Numbered from the stretch's first letter, positions 36,792 to 50,844 are shown. The stretch is 64,000 nt of DNA from Macrostomum lignano (GCA_002269645.1 NIVC01001022.1:434001-498000), one strand, 5' to 3'. Made by a program: numbers and translations. Notes: a model not told the origin generated them from the letters alone.

Positions 36792-36825
36792 CTGCAAAGT
36801 TTAATTGGTGACCTACATTTACTGC

Positions 36826-39420
36826 TACTTCACAGTCTATCAGTGACTTACCGCTACTTCACAGTCTTTATCAGTGACCTACCGTTACTTTACAGTCTAT
36901 CAGTGACTTACCGCTACTTCACAGTCTATCAGTGACTTACCGCTACTTCACAGTCTTTATCAGTGACTTACCGTTACTTTACAGTCTATCACTGGCCTTC
37001 CGCTACTTCACAGTCTATCAGTGACTTACCGCTACTTCACAGTCTATCAGTGACTTACCGCTACTTCACAGTCTTTATCAGTGACCTACCGTTACTTTAC
37101 AGTCTCTCAGTGACTTACCGCTACTTCACAGTCTATATCAGTGACCTACCGTTACTTTACAGTCTATCAGTGACTTACCGCTACTTCACAGTCTTTATCA
37201 GTGACCTACCGTTACTCTACAGTCTATCAGTGACTTACCGCTACTTCACAGTCTATATCAGTGACCTACCGTTACTTTACAGTCTCTCAGTGACTTACCG
37301 CTACTTCACAGTCTATATCAGTGACCTACCGTTACTTTACAGTCTATCAGTGACTTACCGCTACTTCACAGTCTTTATCAGTGACCTACCGTTACTCTAC
37401 AGTCTATCAGTGACTTACCGCTACTTCACAGTCTATATCAGTGACCTACCGTTACTTTACAGTCTATCAGTGACTTACCGCTACTTCACAGTCTGTCAGT
37501 GACTTACCGCTACTTCACAGTCTGTCAGTGACCTACCGCTACTTCACAGTCTATCAGTGATCTACCGTTACTTCACAGTCTATCAGTGACTTACCGCTAC
37601 TTCAGAGTCTATCAGTGACCTACCGCTACTTCACAGTCTTTATCAGTGACCTACCGTTACTTTACAGTCTATCAGTGACCTACCGCTACGTCCCAGTCTA
37701 TCAGTGACCTACGAGGGCTGAGCAATAAGTTTCCGGATGTGCCCAGACAGAAATAGTTAGAGAGAAAAAAAACAGTTATATCTTTTCAAAGTACTCCTCA
37801 GCAGATTCGATGCAAATTTTCATGCGCTTAAATCACTTGCTGAAACAGCTGGACCAATCTGAAGCAGGCACCTCCTCCACATGCCGGATGAAGGCCTCCA
37901 CTGCAGCTTTGGTGATCCATAGCGGATTCCACGCACCCTGCACTTGATTTGTGGAAACACAAAAAAGTCGCAGGGGGCCAGGTCCGGGCTGTTGGGTGGA
38001 TGACCGTTGAATCTGTCGAGCATGGTGCGGCACCAGGTCACCCGAGCCTCCTTCTGCTCCGGAGCCAGCTGATGAGGCACCCAGCGTGCAGAAATCTTGC
38101 TCAGGTTGAGCTGTGAATGCAGGATCGTCCTGATGGATCCTGATGAGATACCCACCTCTGCCTCTATCTGGACCACAGTCACTCGGGCATCATCCTCAAC
38201 CATGGCCCGGACAGCAGCAACATTATACTTGGTCGTTGCGGAGACAGGCCGGCCGCTGCGCTCCTCATCATCCAGACTCTGCCTGCCGCGTCAAAATTCG
38301 GCAAACCAGTCAAAAACGGTGGATCTAGAAGGTTCTTCATCCCCAAAAGCTCCTCACAATCGCTCAAGACTTTCTTGCTGCCACAAACCACTTTTAAAAT
38401 CTTAATAAATCATTGCTCTAAAAGGACTTCTATTGAGCTCCATTGTGAATTTGATAGATAGGGTAGGTATGCTAGCTTGGTTTGGGTGCTGCACCATGGC
38501 TATATATGACCAGTGCGTCTGAAACTTTACAAACATTGTACTTATATAATGTACTTGACACCTATGGTGTCAGATTTTGTCAGCCGCCTCTCAACTATGC
38601 ACATCCGGAAACTTATTGCTCAGCCCTCGTACCGTTACTTTACAGTCTATCAGTGACCTACCGCTACGTCCCAGTCTATCAGTGACCTACCGCTACTTTA
38701 CAGTCTATCAGTGACCTACCGCTACTTTACAGTCTATCAGTGACCTACCGCTACTTTACAGTCTCTCAGTGACCTACCGCTACTTCACAGTCTTTATCAG
38801 TGACCTACCGTTACTTTACAGTCTATCAGTGACCTACCGCTACTTCACAGTCTTTATCAGTGACCTACCGTTACTTTACAGTCTATCAGTGACCTACCGC
38901 TACTTCACAGTCTATCAGTAACTTACCGCTACTTTACAGTCTATCAGTGACCTACCGCTACTTTACAGTCTATCAGTGACCTACCGCTACTTCACAGTCT
39001 ATCAGTAACTTACCGCTACTTTACAGTCTATCAGTGACTTACCGCTACTTCACAGTCTTTATCAGTGACCTACCGTTACTTTACAGTCTATCAGTGACCT
39101 ACCGCTACTTTACAGTCTATCAGTGACCTACCGCTACTTTACAGTCTATCAGTGACTTACCGCTACTTTACAGTCTATCAGTGACCTACCGCTACTTTAC
39201 AGTCTATCAGTGACCTACCGCTACTTTACAGTCTATCAGTGACCTACCGCTACTTTACAGTCTATCAGTGACCTACCGCTACTTTACAGTCTATCAGTGA
39301 CCTACCGCTAATTGAGTCTATATCAGTGCAGTGACCTATCACTACTTCACAGTCTATATCAGTGCAGTGACCTAGCGCTACTTCAGTCTATCAGTGATCT
39401 ACAGTTTATCAGTGGCCTAT
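36826..39420. repeat. ~29/31-bp minisatellite (TCAGTGACTTACCGCTACTTCACAGTCTA), interrupted by a mariner
   Basis: Tandem array on both sides of 37712-38629. Confidence 0.95.
37712..38629 (-). mobile_element. Defective mariner (918 bp, internally deleted); TIR start resembles the irritans/Hsmar2 type
   Basis: TIRs CGAGGGCTGAGCAATAAGTTTCCGGATGTGC and its reverse complement; TA duplicated at 37710-37711 and 38630-38631; transposase remnants SARWVPHQL and SPDLAPCDFFVF. Confidence 0.92.
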
Positions 39421-39774
39421 TTAATTTCTATTAACATCCTATTTGTGACCTATTATCACTAATTAAAAAATTAAAAACTGCAAAAAATAAAATAAAAACA
39501 AAAACAACAAACTAACATCAACGCACAGCGTTAACAAACCAATGACCAAACAAGCCATGGCTTCATACTGTTTATATAAAAACATAGCTGTTCATAGCAT
39601 GATATCATTATGCATACACATTTGAAAAGAGCACCAAATTTTTAATAAAAGTGTAGTACAAATTCAAACAGGTTCAAACAGACGCGAGGTAATTATATAA
39701 AAAATATCAATTAAGAAAATAAAATGGACGCCTTGGTGAATCCACGACACTTTCTGGGAGGGCAGCAGTGGTTC

Positions 39775-40305
39775 AACAACTGAGGATCTGGGAGGCTGGT
39801 GGCCTAACAACTGAGGATCTGGGAGGCTGGTGGCCTAGCGACTGAGGATCTGGGAGGCTTGTGGCCTAACAACTGAGGATCTGGGAGGCTGGTGGCCTAG
39901 CGACTGAGGATCTGGGAGGCTTGTGGCCTAACAACTGAGGATCTGGGAGGCTGGTGGCCTAGCGACTGAGGATCTGGGAGGCTTGTGGCCTAACAACTGA
40001 GGATCTGGGAGGCTGGTGGCCTAACAACTGAGGATCTGGGAGGCTGGTGGCCTAGCGACTGAGGATCTGGGAGGCTCGTGGCCTAACAACTGAGGATCTG
40101 GGAGGCTGGTGGCCTAGCGACTGAGGATCTGGGAGGCTTGTGGCCTAACAACTGAGGATCTGGGAGGCTGGTGGCCTAGAAACTGAGGATCTGGGAGGCT
40201 GGTGGCCTAGCAACTGAGGATCTGGGAGGCTGGCCCAGCAACTGAGGATCTGGGAGGCTGGCCAAGCGACTGACACTCAGGGAGGCTGGCCCAGCAACTG
40301 ATGAT
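39775..40305. repeat. ~31-bp minisatellite (CTGAGGATCTGGGAGGCTGGTGGCCTAACAA)
   Basis: Tandem array downstream of the TUBGCP6 stop. Confidence 0.92.
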
Positions 40306-40458
40306 CTGACAGCAGGATCCAAGTCTTACAAATCTAACAGACTGGCGGATAGTTGGTCCAAACCAGTCACTTTCTAATCTGCGTTATCAAAGTGCGCAGA
40401 ACAAACGCAAAGGAAACAAAACTTTCAAATGCAATTTCATTGTGGAGTCATCGGACAC

Positions 40459-43400
40459 TCAAGCCATTGGCAAATTGCTGTTAGCCAAACAGTAGTAGCC
40501 ATTGAAGTCCAACCGAAGCACCAATTCGTCCAGATGAGCCGCTCTGTCCCGCAGTCTGGCCAGCAACCCGAACAGAAATCTGAGTGGGGGAAATTAATCA
40601 TTTTAATTATAGGTAGGATTGGGGCGGTAGCTTTGTGTGATCATCCATGATCTCGTGATCTCATCTAGAGAGACAATCTCATGATCTCATCTAGCGAGAC
40701 AATCTCATGATCTCATTTAGCAAGACAATCTCATAATCTCATCGATCTAGCAAGACAATCTCATGATCTCATCGATCTAGCAAGACAATCTCATGATCTC
40801 ATCTAGCGAGACAATCTCATGATCTCATCGATCTAGCAAGACAATCTCATGATCTCATCGATCTAGCGAGACAATCTCATGATCTCATTTAGCAAGACAA
40901 TCTCATAATCTCATCGATCTAGCAAGACAATCTCATGATCTCATTGATCTAGCAAGACAATCTCATGATCTCATCGATCTAGCAAGACAATCTCATGATC
41001 TCATTGATCTAGCGAGACAATCTCATGATCTCATTTAGCAAGACAATCCATAATCTCATCGATCTAGCAAGACAATCTCATGATCTCATCGATCTAGCAA
41101 GACAATCTCATGATCTCATCTAGCGAGACAATCTCATGATCTCATCGATCTAGCAAGACAATCTCATGATCTCATCGATCTAGCGAGACAATCTCATGAT
41201 CTCATTTAGCAAGACAATCTCATAATCTCATCGATCTAGCAAGACAATCTCATGATCTCATTGATCTAGCAAGACAATCTCATGATCTCATCGATCTAGC
41301 AAGACAATCTCATGATCTCATCGATCTAGCGAGACAATCTCATGATCTCATTTAGCAAGACAATCTCATGATCTCATCGATCTAGCAAGACAATCTCATG
41401 ATCTCATCTAGCGAGACAGTGTCATAATCTCATGATTTCATAACCTCGTGATGATCATCGATCTAGCAAAACAATGTCATGTAGTATAATATAAATAAGA
41501 AACAGTAACCAACCTAGCATTCTGCCGGAACATATCGCGACACTTAGCCAGAGCCTCAAACTGCGGATGCACCATTGCTGCCCCACTAGCGTCGCCATTC
41601 TCAGTCCAAGCGTAAGCCCGATAGAGTCTACAGAACCGCTCGGCTAGCGACATCATCAACAGAGCGTGCTTCAGCAGGCGCTCGCCGCCAGGCTCCAACA
41701 GGCAGCGCTGCAGACACCGACGAAGGAAACGATCGTGACACGCTCTGACAGCTTCAAGATCGGCTGCATCATTCAACTCAACAGACAGTCGAGTCCAGCA
41801 GACGTCCAACGTCTGATGACAGGCATAGGAGCCAAGAGCTTTAACAGCGTGCTCAAATTCGTGACGCCACAGTTGTAAACAGCGAGTCTGTTGATTGCTG
41901 ATCAAACCATGGACAAGAGTATCGCGTCTCAGTTGAGTGAACAAGTTGCTCAAACGACCAAGCGCTAGACTCTGACGTAATAATAGCCGCATTAGTCTGG
42001 CGTAACGACTAAGAGCGCTGTCTGTTAATATTAGATTTGCCGGCCAACCTGATTCGTAGTTAAAACTGATTGAATCAAATGGACTGGCAGTGCTAATGCT
42101 GCTACTATCATCAGTAGGCTGTACAGAATCTGCCGCCTCATTAACTATGGTTCCAAATTTAAAATAGGAAGCGGTTGATAAAGGCGATGCTTGAGTGTTC
42201 CGCTCGTCGCCAAGTTCAGCGTCTCGAACTGTTTCCTAGAAATGAATTAATAATCATTAATTAAACAACTGCTTTAACCCCACAGCCTTGATACTGCTTA
42301 TAAACTTTCGGATCTTCTTCAATTGCTTATAACTCTACTGTTGTCAGTGTGGTCAGTAAAGAACATTTTAACCCTGGAGCGAAAAAGGAAGCGTTCTAAA
42401 ACTTTACAAACGTTCTACTTTAATTTCAAAGCGTTACATTTATTAGATTTTATAAATTTTATCGCGTATAAGTTTATTAATTTCATTTAAAATCTAAGCT
42501 TGTCCTTACAGAAAAATCGTTGTTTTTTATCATCATCATCATCATCGCACTTCAAAGCAGCCTTTTCAACATAGTCTCCACTTGTAGCAACATACGCTCG
42601 TACTTCTCCCATCTCGGCAATCAAATCAAAATAGAATTACCTATTTTCAGCTAATTTCTTTTTGCTTTAGAAGTGATTAAAAGGATTAGAACTGTATTGC
42701 ATAATCAAACTTGTAATTTAGATCTTGTTATTTTCTAGCATGTTGTCAATCACAAGACCTTCCTTCGTTAAACATTGAAAGATCTGCATGGACTATCATT
42801 TCTATATCTGGCTAAATTTAATAAGGTCCCACAGATTATCGATCCATTCTCCACATGTTTAGAAACCTCGATTAGAAGATCTTTCGAGTTATTTGGTTAA
42901 TGTTTTGCACGAAGGACCAAGAGCTAATTAAATAATCTTCACCTCAGCCAGCCGTAAGCATTTAGCCAGAGCATCAGCTCCGCAGGCTGACTCCGCCTCC
43001 GCTGTAGCCAGCTCAATAAAAGTCTGCGCAAATCTGCCGTCAGCCAGAAAACAGAAGCGTCGCAATCGACGAAGATGGCGTAACAGACCGCCGTTAGACT
43101 CGTAGAGTAGCTGCGTAACCAATGCGGAATTGATGATACTGGCTTGAACTTGCAACGGCGTCCATAACGACTTTGAAGCAAGCGTTGCTATGGACAGACG
43201 TTCTACAGCGTCTGTAGCAACGGTAGTAGCAGAATCTGCTTCAGACTGACCGGATTCGCTGTGTCGAGGCATAGCTAATAAATTAGTAATGGGCGCTTGA
43301 TCGCAGAGTTGTTGAAATGCCAGCATCACGGACAATGTCCTATCGCTGGAGTCAGTTGTTTTCGAAGTCAACGCTGCCGATGGAGATGGAACTCTGACTA

Positions 43401-46400
43401 GAGCAAATTGATTATTTGTATCAAGCTCTGCATCATCAGCTTCCTCCTCGCCAATCAGCATAGTGAGTTCAGCTTCTACATCCTCTTGAGCAGACATGAC
43501 CTCCTCTTTGTCGGCCTCTTTGTCTATCAGCTTCTCCGGCTTTAATTTTGATGCAGCTTCGCGTTCGTCTCCTTTTTTAGAGAATTTCGTTGCTGCGCCA
43601 CTTTGATCGCTAGGATGGCCGTATTGATTGCGCCAACGACTGGCCAGCCGTTCTCTGGCTCGACTTTCTACATCGGCGCTGTCTTGCCCAGATTCTCGAC
43701 TAGCCGATTGCTTGTGCCCGAGGTTGATCTGGCGAAATCGGTCCAGCTGTTGCGATTCCGGCAGCATCGAGAGCGGCGACGGAGGTGGAGGAAAAGGTGA
43801 AGGCTGCTTCGCAGCCGATGCCTTAGCCGCAACGTCAGTGGATCCGTCTTTAGCAGCGGCAACTTCAAAGGGTTTGACCTCGATAGCGGAATCATCAGAG
43901 GATTTGATTTCTTCAACGACAGCATGATGTTTAGTCTCAGAGGCGGAAACAACAAATGGCTTTTCTTTGGTAGCGTCAACATCAGACGGTTTGACCTCAC
44001 TAGCGGCAACATCAGACGGTTTGACCTCACCAGCGGCAACATCAGACGGTTTGACCTCACTAGCGGCAACATCAGACGGTTTGACCTCACCAGCGGCAAC
44101 ATCAGACGGTTTGACCTCACCAGCGGCAACATCAGACGGTTTGACCTCACCAGCGGCAACATCAGACGGTTTGACCTCACCAGCGGCAACATCAGACGGT
44201 TTGACCTCACTAGCGGTAACATCAGACGGTTTGACCTCACTAGCGGTAACATCAGACGGTTTGGCTTCACTAGCGGTAACATCAGAAGAAGCAAACTGCG
44301 AAATACCATCAGCGGCAACATCAAAGGGCTGGCTTGCAATAACTGACAGAGGCTCATCCACAGAGGAAGGCGCTTGGTCCAAAGAGACCATCGGACTAGC
44401 AATCGTGGCATCAATCATTTCCTGCTTCCATCGAGCTTCATCAGCGGCTAACCGAGCAACTCTTCGCTGGTCCCAACGCCGTCGCTGAAGACGCCATAAG
44501 GCGCGCAATTCGCGCTTAGCAGCTTCATTGGTGAGCCGAGCATAGCCAGCAAGCAGCTCCTGGCGGACCCGGTCTTCGAGGTCGCGTCGCTTGCGCTCCA
44601 CAGCGGCCAGGGCGCGTTCGGTCTCGGCCGCTTCGGCTGCCGCGGTGTCAGCTTTGGCTTGACGAGCTCTGAAAATTATTTTAGAGCGAGAATAAATTTA
44701 ACTTTTGGCATGGCATGATTGGTTTTAAATATTACTAGACTAGTGGCTTACGCAATAACTCTGAGCAGCCCTGATTTTCTATGAAAATATCAGAAACAGT
44801 CAAATATCGATGTTTTGGCCAAAAGACCATTGATTCAGTGTAAATCATCGGGCAGGAGGCCATAGACAAGTTGGTGCATAGAAAGAGTCTAAGCGCCCTT
44901 GAACCCGCTGACTAAGTCTAATTTTACCATAGACATTCTCAGTGGGCAGTAAAACGCGGTTACGCGTGTAGGCTGACTACAGCAGACACGAACTGAATCC
45001 CCCTGCCGGCCATATAATCAAATGAAAAGGCGTCCTGGAGTGCAACGACAACGTCGGATTTAACCATAAACAACGTGCTTCAACAACACGAAATACGTGC
45101 GTCGACATAATTGACCCAGCTATTTCGCAGCAATGCTTGTTTATACTATAGAAGCGTGCGGCAACGCTCCATAATGTTTCCGCACGTTTCTATGGTAAAA
45201 ATAAACATGTTTGAACAGCGAACTCATTGGGCTCTCTAACTTTTTTATCTTAGCTCCACTTTCTTCTCTCACAGTTCACCTACAAGTTGTAGCCCAGGAC
45301 TACTGAAAAACCCAGGACGCGGAACTTAAACTTAGTAGGAATTTTTTCAAGGCCCGCCTGAACGAAAGCATTCTCTATGGTAAAAAGTATCTAAATAATT
45401 AGTGTAACACAAACTATAGCTTTTTGCGTTCTAGTTTGGACTGCGGGATTTTAATTTGGACACAGAGTTGAGCAAAGCCCAGAGAATGCTGGCTAGTCTA
45501 TGGCACAAACCAGAAGCAACTGACGGGCTTTTAAGTTTTTCAGTAGTCCTTGGTTGTAGCGCTTTGTAACGCTTGTGTCTATGGTCGAAAGAGACAATTC
45601 ATCGAGAGGGACGGCTGTTTATTTAATACTTAGAAACGAACGAGTGTCTAATGGAGCTCTTAGCTTACTAACGGCCTGTCAACTTAAGCCCATAAAGTGG
45701 AGTCCCTAATTATCCCCTTGCTTTTCTCTCCTATCCCACGTCCAATTTTTGTCACTTGTTTGCCAAATCCAGCTTACTGGTGTCACTGTGAGCAGAATGA
45801 CGCATCATTTGTGTAACTTAAAGAACTTAAAGTGAACTTAAACAGCAACCCACCTCTCAGCTTCGCGTTTCAACGCCTCCACCTGTTCCCGCTTTGCTTT
45901 CAACTCCGCCCGCCGTCGTTCTCCAATTGCCGCTTGCATCGCTTCAAATTCGCGCGCCGATGCTTCGCGCGCAGCCGCGGCTAAAGAGCGCAAAGTTTCG
46001 GCGCGTTGCCTCTCAGCAACAGCGCGTCGCTTTCTAGCCGACCATTCAGCCTGACGCGCTTCGGCTAGCCGCCTGTCCGACGCCTGAGCAACCAGCTCCA
46101 GATCGGCTATGGACTGACGCAGAGCTAACGGCATAGCAGCCGCAGACGTAGCTCCATCGGCAGTTGTCACTATCAACAGCGGATGCTTGGGCGCCAACAA
46201 TCGCAACAAATTAACCGACTTGCCGCAGAAGAACAATTTAGTAGAGGCATCGGCTGGCAATAGTGGCCAACGCTTCTGTTGTTGCCTTAAACTGTAGGCG
46301 TAACGCCAGTAGCCAACGCTGCGCTGACTGGCATAGTCAGGATTGCATACTACTGGGAACTCGGCCGAGTCGTGAGTAGTATATAAATGATTAGCATCTA

Positions 46401-49400
46401 GCCAAGGATTAGAAGCATCGGCCGCATTAGCTAATCCAGTGTGAACCCAGTCGTGCAGTCGACGCAAATACGGCCGGCTGGACTCTGTCAGGAAATGAGT
46501 GAGTAAAAGTCTTTCAAACTGACAAGCTCCAAGAGGTGACGCGCCGGCAAGGGCAGCTTCCAGTCGGTTTAGCAGTTTCATGCCTCCGCTAATAAACTGA
46601 CCAAACTCGGAGGAGTCTCCGCTAGGGCAGCAGAGTTGATAAACTAGCTCCACTTGTTGGCAGAATGGACGCATCCTGACCAATAGTTGAATTGGTCCGC
46701 AACTGGGACTGTAAGCTGACAGCACTAATGATTCGTGCAGATTCAAGTAGCTCTCTAAGCAGCCTAGGAAGGCCGAGGCGATCTGTGGAAATTTTTAGAT
46801 TCTCATTTTCAGGACTTGTTGAGATTAGTTCTATAGGTTTGATGATACTGATACCTGAGATGGGACTTGGATACCTGAGATGGGACTTGGATGCCTGAAA
46901 TGGGACTCGGATACCTGAGATGGACTTAGATACCTGAGATGGACTTAGATACTTGAGATGGGACTCGGATACTTGAGATGGACTTAGATACTTGAGATGG
47001 GACTCGGATACTTGAGATGGACTTAGATACTTGAGATGGGACTCGGATACTTGAAATGGACTTAGATACCTGAGATGGACTTAGATACTTGAGATGGACT
47101 TAGATACTTGAGATGGACTTAGATACTTGAGATGGACTTAGATACTTGAGATGGACTTAGATACTTGAGATGGACTTAGATACTTGAGATGGGACTCGGA
47201 TACCTGAGATGGACTTAGATACTTGAGATGGACTTAGATACTTGAGATGGACTTAGATACTTGAGATGGGACTCGGATACCTGAGATGGACTTAGATACT
47301 TGGGATGGGACTTGGGTAAGAGGAGATGGGACTCGGATACCTGAGATGAACTTAGATACCTGAGATGAGACTTTGATATGGGATTTCGATACCTGAGATG
47401 GGACTTTGACACCTGAGATGGGACTTTGGCACCTTAGAGACTTCGGTGAATCTGAGAACACGTTCACTCCTCAGATAAAATCCAGACAGTTCCGCAATAA
47501 ATCAATCTTCAAAAACCAAATGTCACCTGTCCAACATCGGTCATTCTCCGTCCCACAGTCAGCAGGTGTCTCAGCTTGCGTATCTGACCGCCAGCCACCA
47601 GCAGCGGCCGCAACAGGCGAGCCAGCGATTCAGGTGTACAACCTTCGATAGCCAATCCAGCCCGAACCGTCAGCTCAGCAGAATGTGAGTCATCCCGATT
47701 CGATGACAATGGAAAACAGACAGACGCTAAACCAATCATTAGGGCTTGAGCATCTAAGCAGAGTTTCTCGCGCGATACTCTGCTATTAACTGGTGGATTT
47801 GGTCGCCGATCTGCAGCGCACGCCAGGGCGATGTCCAGTGCCCCTGGACCGGCCTCAGTCAGGTACGGCAGCTCAGGCGGCACAGGGCGGCCTCGGTGTA
47901 GCCAGCTGTACGCTAGCGGCTCGCTTGATGGCGGTATTACAGCAGCTTCCTCGTCGTCATGGTCGCCGTCGCTATCGCTAAGCTGCGGAGATAATTGTCC
48001 ACCGCCGCCGATGCCCGCAGCACCACCGCCTGTTGAACCAGTGTAGCCATCGTCTGGCGATATCGGGCCGGCCAATTGTTGACTGTTGCCATGGCGACGG
48101 TGTCTACGCTGCCATACTGAAGCGCTGTTGTTTCTATTAACCCGGTCTCTCTGCGCGTGACAAACGTTTGACGATAGAAAAGCCTTAGATATATATAGAA
48201 ATTGCATTGGAAACTATGCTTAAAAATAGGGAAGCTTAGCGTACAAAGTCCAGGTGGTTAATACTACTGCTAGTAGCTTAAAACCCGAATTATACTACTT
48301 TCTAAGTAGCTTACCTCTATCTAAGTAGCTTAAAACTCGAATTATATTACTTCTGTGAGAACCTAAATCATACTGCTTTGCAACTAGATTAGCGTCCGAC
48401 TTTTTAAACTACTGCTAGTAGCTTAAAAAATCAAAATTAATACTACTGTTCAAGTTTCTAAGTAGCTTAAAAACTTGAATTTATACTACTTTTGTGAGTA
48501 GCTTAAAACCCAAATTATACTACTTAACAACGCAGTAGATTAAAACTCGAATTATACTACTTAACTTCGCAGTAGATTAAAACCCAAATTATACTACTTA
48601 ACTTCGCAGTAGATTCAAACTCGAGTTATATTACTTAACTTCGCAGTAGACTAAAACCTAAATTATACTACTTAACTGCGCAGTAGATTAAAACTCGAAT
48701 TATACTACTTCGGAAGTAACCGAAGTTGCAGAAGTCTGCAAACTCCACGTTTACAGATTTACTCAAAGTTTGTCAGCACTCACAACTGCACCAGTCTCAG
48801 ACCAGTCGTCCACGCTAGCAGCGTCCAGCGATTCGCCAATGCTGCCACCGTCGGTGCCACCAAGGCCTCCAATAGCGTTCCAAATCGCAGTCAGTCCAAC
48901 ACCAGGCTGCTGGTGAAACAGCACAGTATCTGGCAATATCAAATCTGGACTGGAAAATCCCATTGAACACTCGACATCCATGGAACGATCTTCTTCTTGT
49001 TCATCGCCAGACAAGCAGCCATAATCATCTTTCAGACTGCCGATTGCAGATGACATCAAAGAAGCCGATTCAAAGCATTCAATAGGATACTGGCGATAAT
49101 CAATAGAATGATGGCTTAATTTACCATGCTGTTGCATTGGAAGTCCTTGACTTCTACCGTTCTTACTAGCAGTAGTATCAGCAAGTGAAAGCAGAAATTT
49201 CAAAGCCGATGTTGCAGAATCTGTTGTTGACAAAGACGATGCTAGTATAGAATCTGACAATGACTCGATTTTATTGCAAATCCGTTGAATTCTTTCGCTA
49301 CCGTCGCTATCTGTTAAACGTAATTGCATTACGTAATCAGAAATTGCCAGCCGAATACTAGCGTCTTTATCGGTCCGTTGTGATGAAGCCCAAGCTATAC

Positions 49401-49641
49401 TAGGATTGCAGCAGTGCGGCCCAGGCTGGCGGCTCAGCAAGGCATTGTAAGCGATTTGGCGAAATCTTCGTTGCAATAATGCAATTGAATTAGCTGTAGT
49501 ATCGTTTGGCAATAAATTTGACGTGTAGAAATTGATCAGACGTTCAAGGTGAGAAATCTCTGTCGGCTTCGGAGCCAAGGGCGCCGCCGAAGGCGCTCCC
49601 ATGGCAACCGTTGGCTGACCGGGCCGACAGGTGGCAGCCAT
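40459..49641 (-). CDS. TUBGCP6: Gamma-tubulin complex component 6. Exons 49641-48784, 48183-47527, 46782-45854, 44668-42943, 42235-41514, 40579-40459
   Basis: N-terminal RRFRQIAYNALL (cf. GCP6 KKVAYNALF); ELPYLTEAGPGALD; GRIP2 motifs RRFCFLADGRF, YESGWPANLILTDSALSRY, ACHDRFL; C-terminal HLDELVLRLDFNGYY. All five junctions are GT-AG and phase-consistent; start codon is tentative. Confidence 0.9.
40648..41465. repeat. ~26-30-bp minisatellite (ATCTAGCAAGACAATCTCATGATCTCATCG) in the last TUBGCP6 intron
   Basis: Tandem array. Confidence 0.93.
43975..44300 (-). repeat. Coding 27-bp tandem repeat (SDVAAGEVKP-like, 9-aa period) in TUBGCP6 exon 4
   Basis: About eleven in-frame units of AACATCAGACGGTTTGACCTCAC(T/C)AGCGG(C/T). 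Confidence 0.9.
46850..47435. repeat. 19/20-bp minisatellite (GATACTTGAGATGGACTTA) in a TUBGCP6 intron
   Basis: Tandem array. Confidence 0.93.
48270..48715. repeat. Degenerate ~37-bp tandem repeat (AGTAGATTAAAACTCGAATTATACTACTTAACTTCGC) in TUBGCP6 intron 1
   Basis: Recurrent AAAC(T/C)CGAATTATACTACTT units. Confidence 0.8.
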
Positions 49642-49761
49642 GAAGAAATTAAATATAAAAATGAGCAAAATAAGCGAATGGTACTGCTGCACACTCGCTG
49701 AGCATTATATTAAATAATAATATCAACCTATTTGATGACAACACCGTTACTAAATTATTCC

Positions 49762-50060
49762 TATATCTACCCAGAAACCCTGATATCTACCCAGACAATC
49801 TACCCAGACACCTGGTATCTACCCAGACACTCCAGTATCTACCCAGACACCCTGGTATCTACCCAGACACTCCAGTATCTACCCAGACATCCTGGTATCT
49901 ACCCAGACACTCCAGTATCTACCCAGACATCCTGGTATCTACCCAGACACTCCAGTATCTACCCAGACATCCTGGTATCTACCCAGACACTCCAGTATCT
50001 ACCCAGACACCACGGTATCTACCCAGACACCCTGGTATCTACCCACACACCCACTATCTA
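49762..50060. repeat. 18-bp minisatellite (TATCTACCCAGACAC(C/T)C..)
   Basis: Tandem array upstream of TUBGCP6. Confidence 0.9.
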
Positions 50061-50478
50061 CTGGACACCCCAGCACTTACCCCCAAATGCTGTAATTATT
50101 ACTTACTAACGAGTTACTATATAACTTGAGGGACTACCATACCTAACAGTGAACAAGTCAATAGCAGGTGCACCTTTTTGACAAAAAATAACAACTTTTT
50201 TGCGGATAAAATTTGTTTAACCAAGTTTGTGTTTAACACGCTGAATTAACATTAAAGTAACGCGTTAAAATTAAAAAAAATCTTAGATTTCCAGGACAAA
50301 AAAACTTTTTTTTGTATTAAGTTCGCTTTCTCCACACATTCGACGATAGAAAATCTGAATAAATATTGAACGATTTTTAAATAGAAAATTGATAAGGACA
50401 AACTACACGCAGAATGTTATAGCATATTTTAGCAAAGCGTTAGGGAAATATTAGTGCATTCCCAACACAGTCACAAAA

Positions 50479-50844
50479 GGGGGGCCGTAGCCCAGCGGTA
50501 GCGCAGCTGCTCTGGTGTGCCGCGACCCAGGCTCGATTCCAAGTGCAGCCACATTAATTTGGGGCTGAATTGGAATCTTGGCTTGGCTCGCTTGTGCAAT
50601 TAACGGCCTTGAGAGCCAACCCCCCCAAGGCGCAGTGAAGTGTACATGCCTAACAATTGATAAAGTTAGGGCCGCTGTACACTCCTGTGTGAGTGTGTGC
50701 CTGCGTAACGTATCCGCGCGCTTGTATGCCTGCTCAGGGGAGTCGGCGGAATGGGCAGTAATGCCTCTCGCCGGTTGTGTGCCAAATGACGCTTAAATTG
50801 CGCCAGGGTGCACACAACCCCCCTGCCTCTAAAAATAAAAAAAA
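50479..50844 (+). mobile_element. tRNA-derived SINE, family A, copy 2
   Basis: A-box TAGCCCAGCGG, B-box-like GGCTCGATTCC, body shared with 32518-32874, A-rich tail, imperfect TSD CA(C/T)AGTCACAAA (50466-50477, 50845-50856). Confidence 0.85.

Noticed and set aside
36963-37502. 179-aa repetitive ORF (SDLPLLYSLSVTYRYFTV)n
   Set aside because: Translation of the 29/31-bp minisatellite.
33660-41465. Regular ~30-bp repeat arrays resembling CRISPR
   Set aside because: Units are directly adjacent with no unique spacers, there are no cas genes, and the context is eukaryotic.
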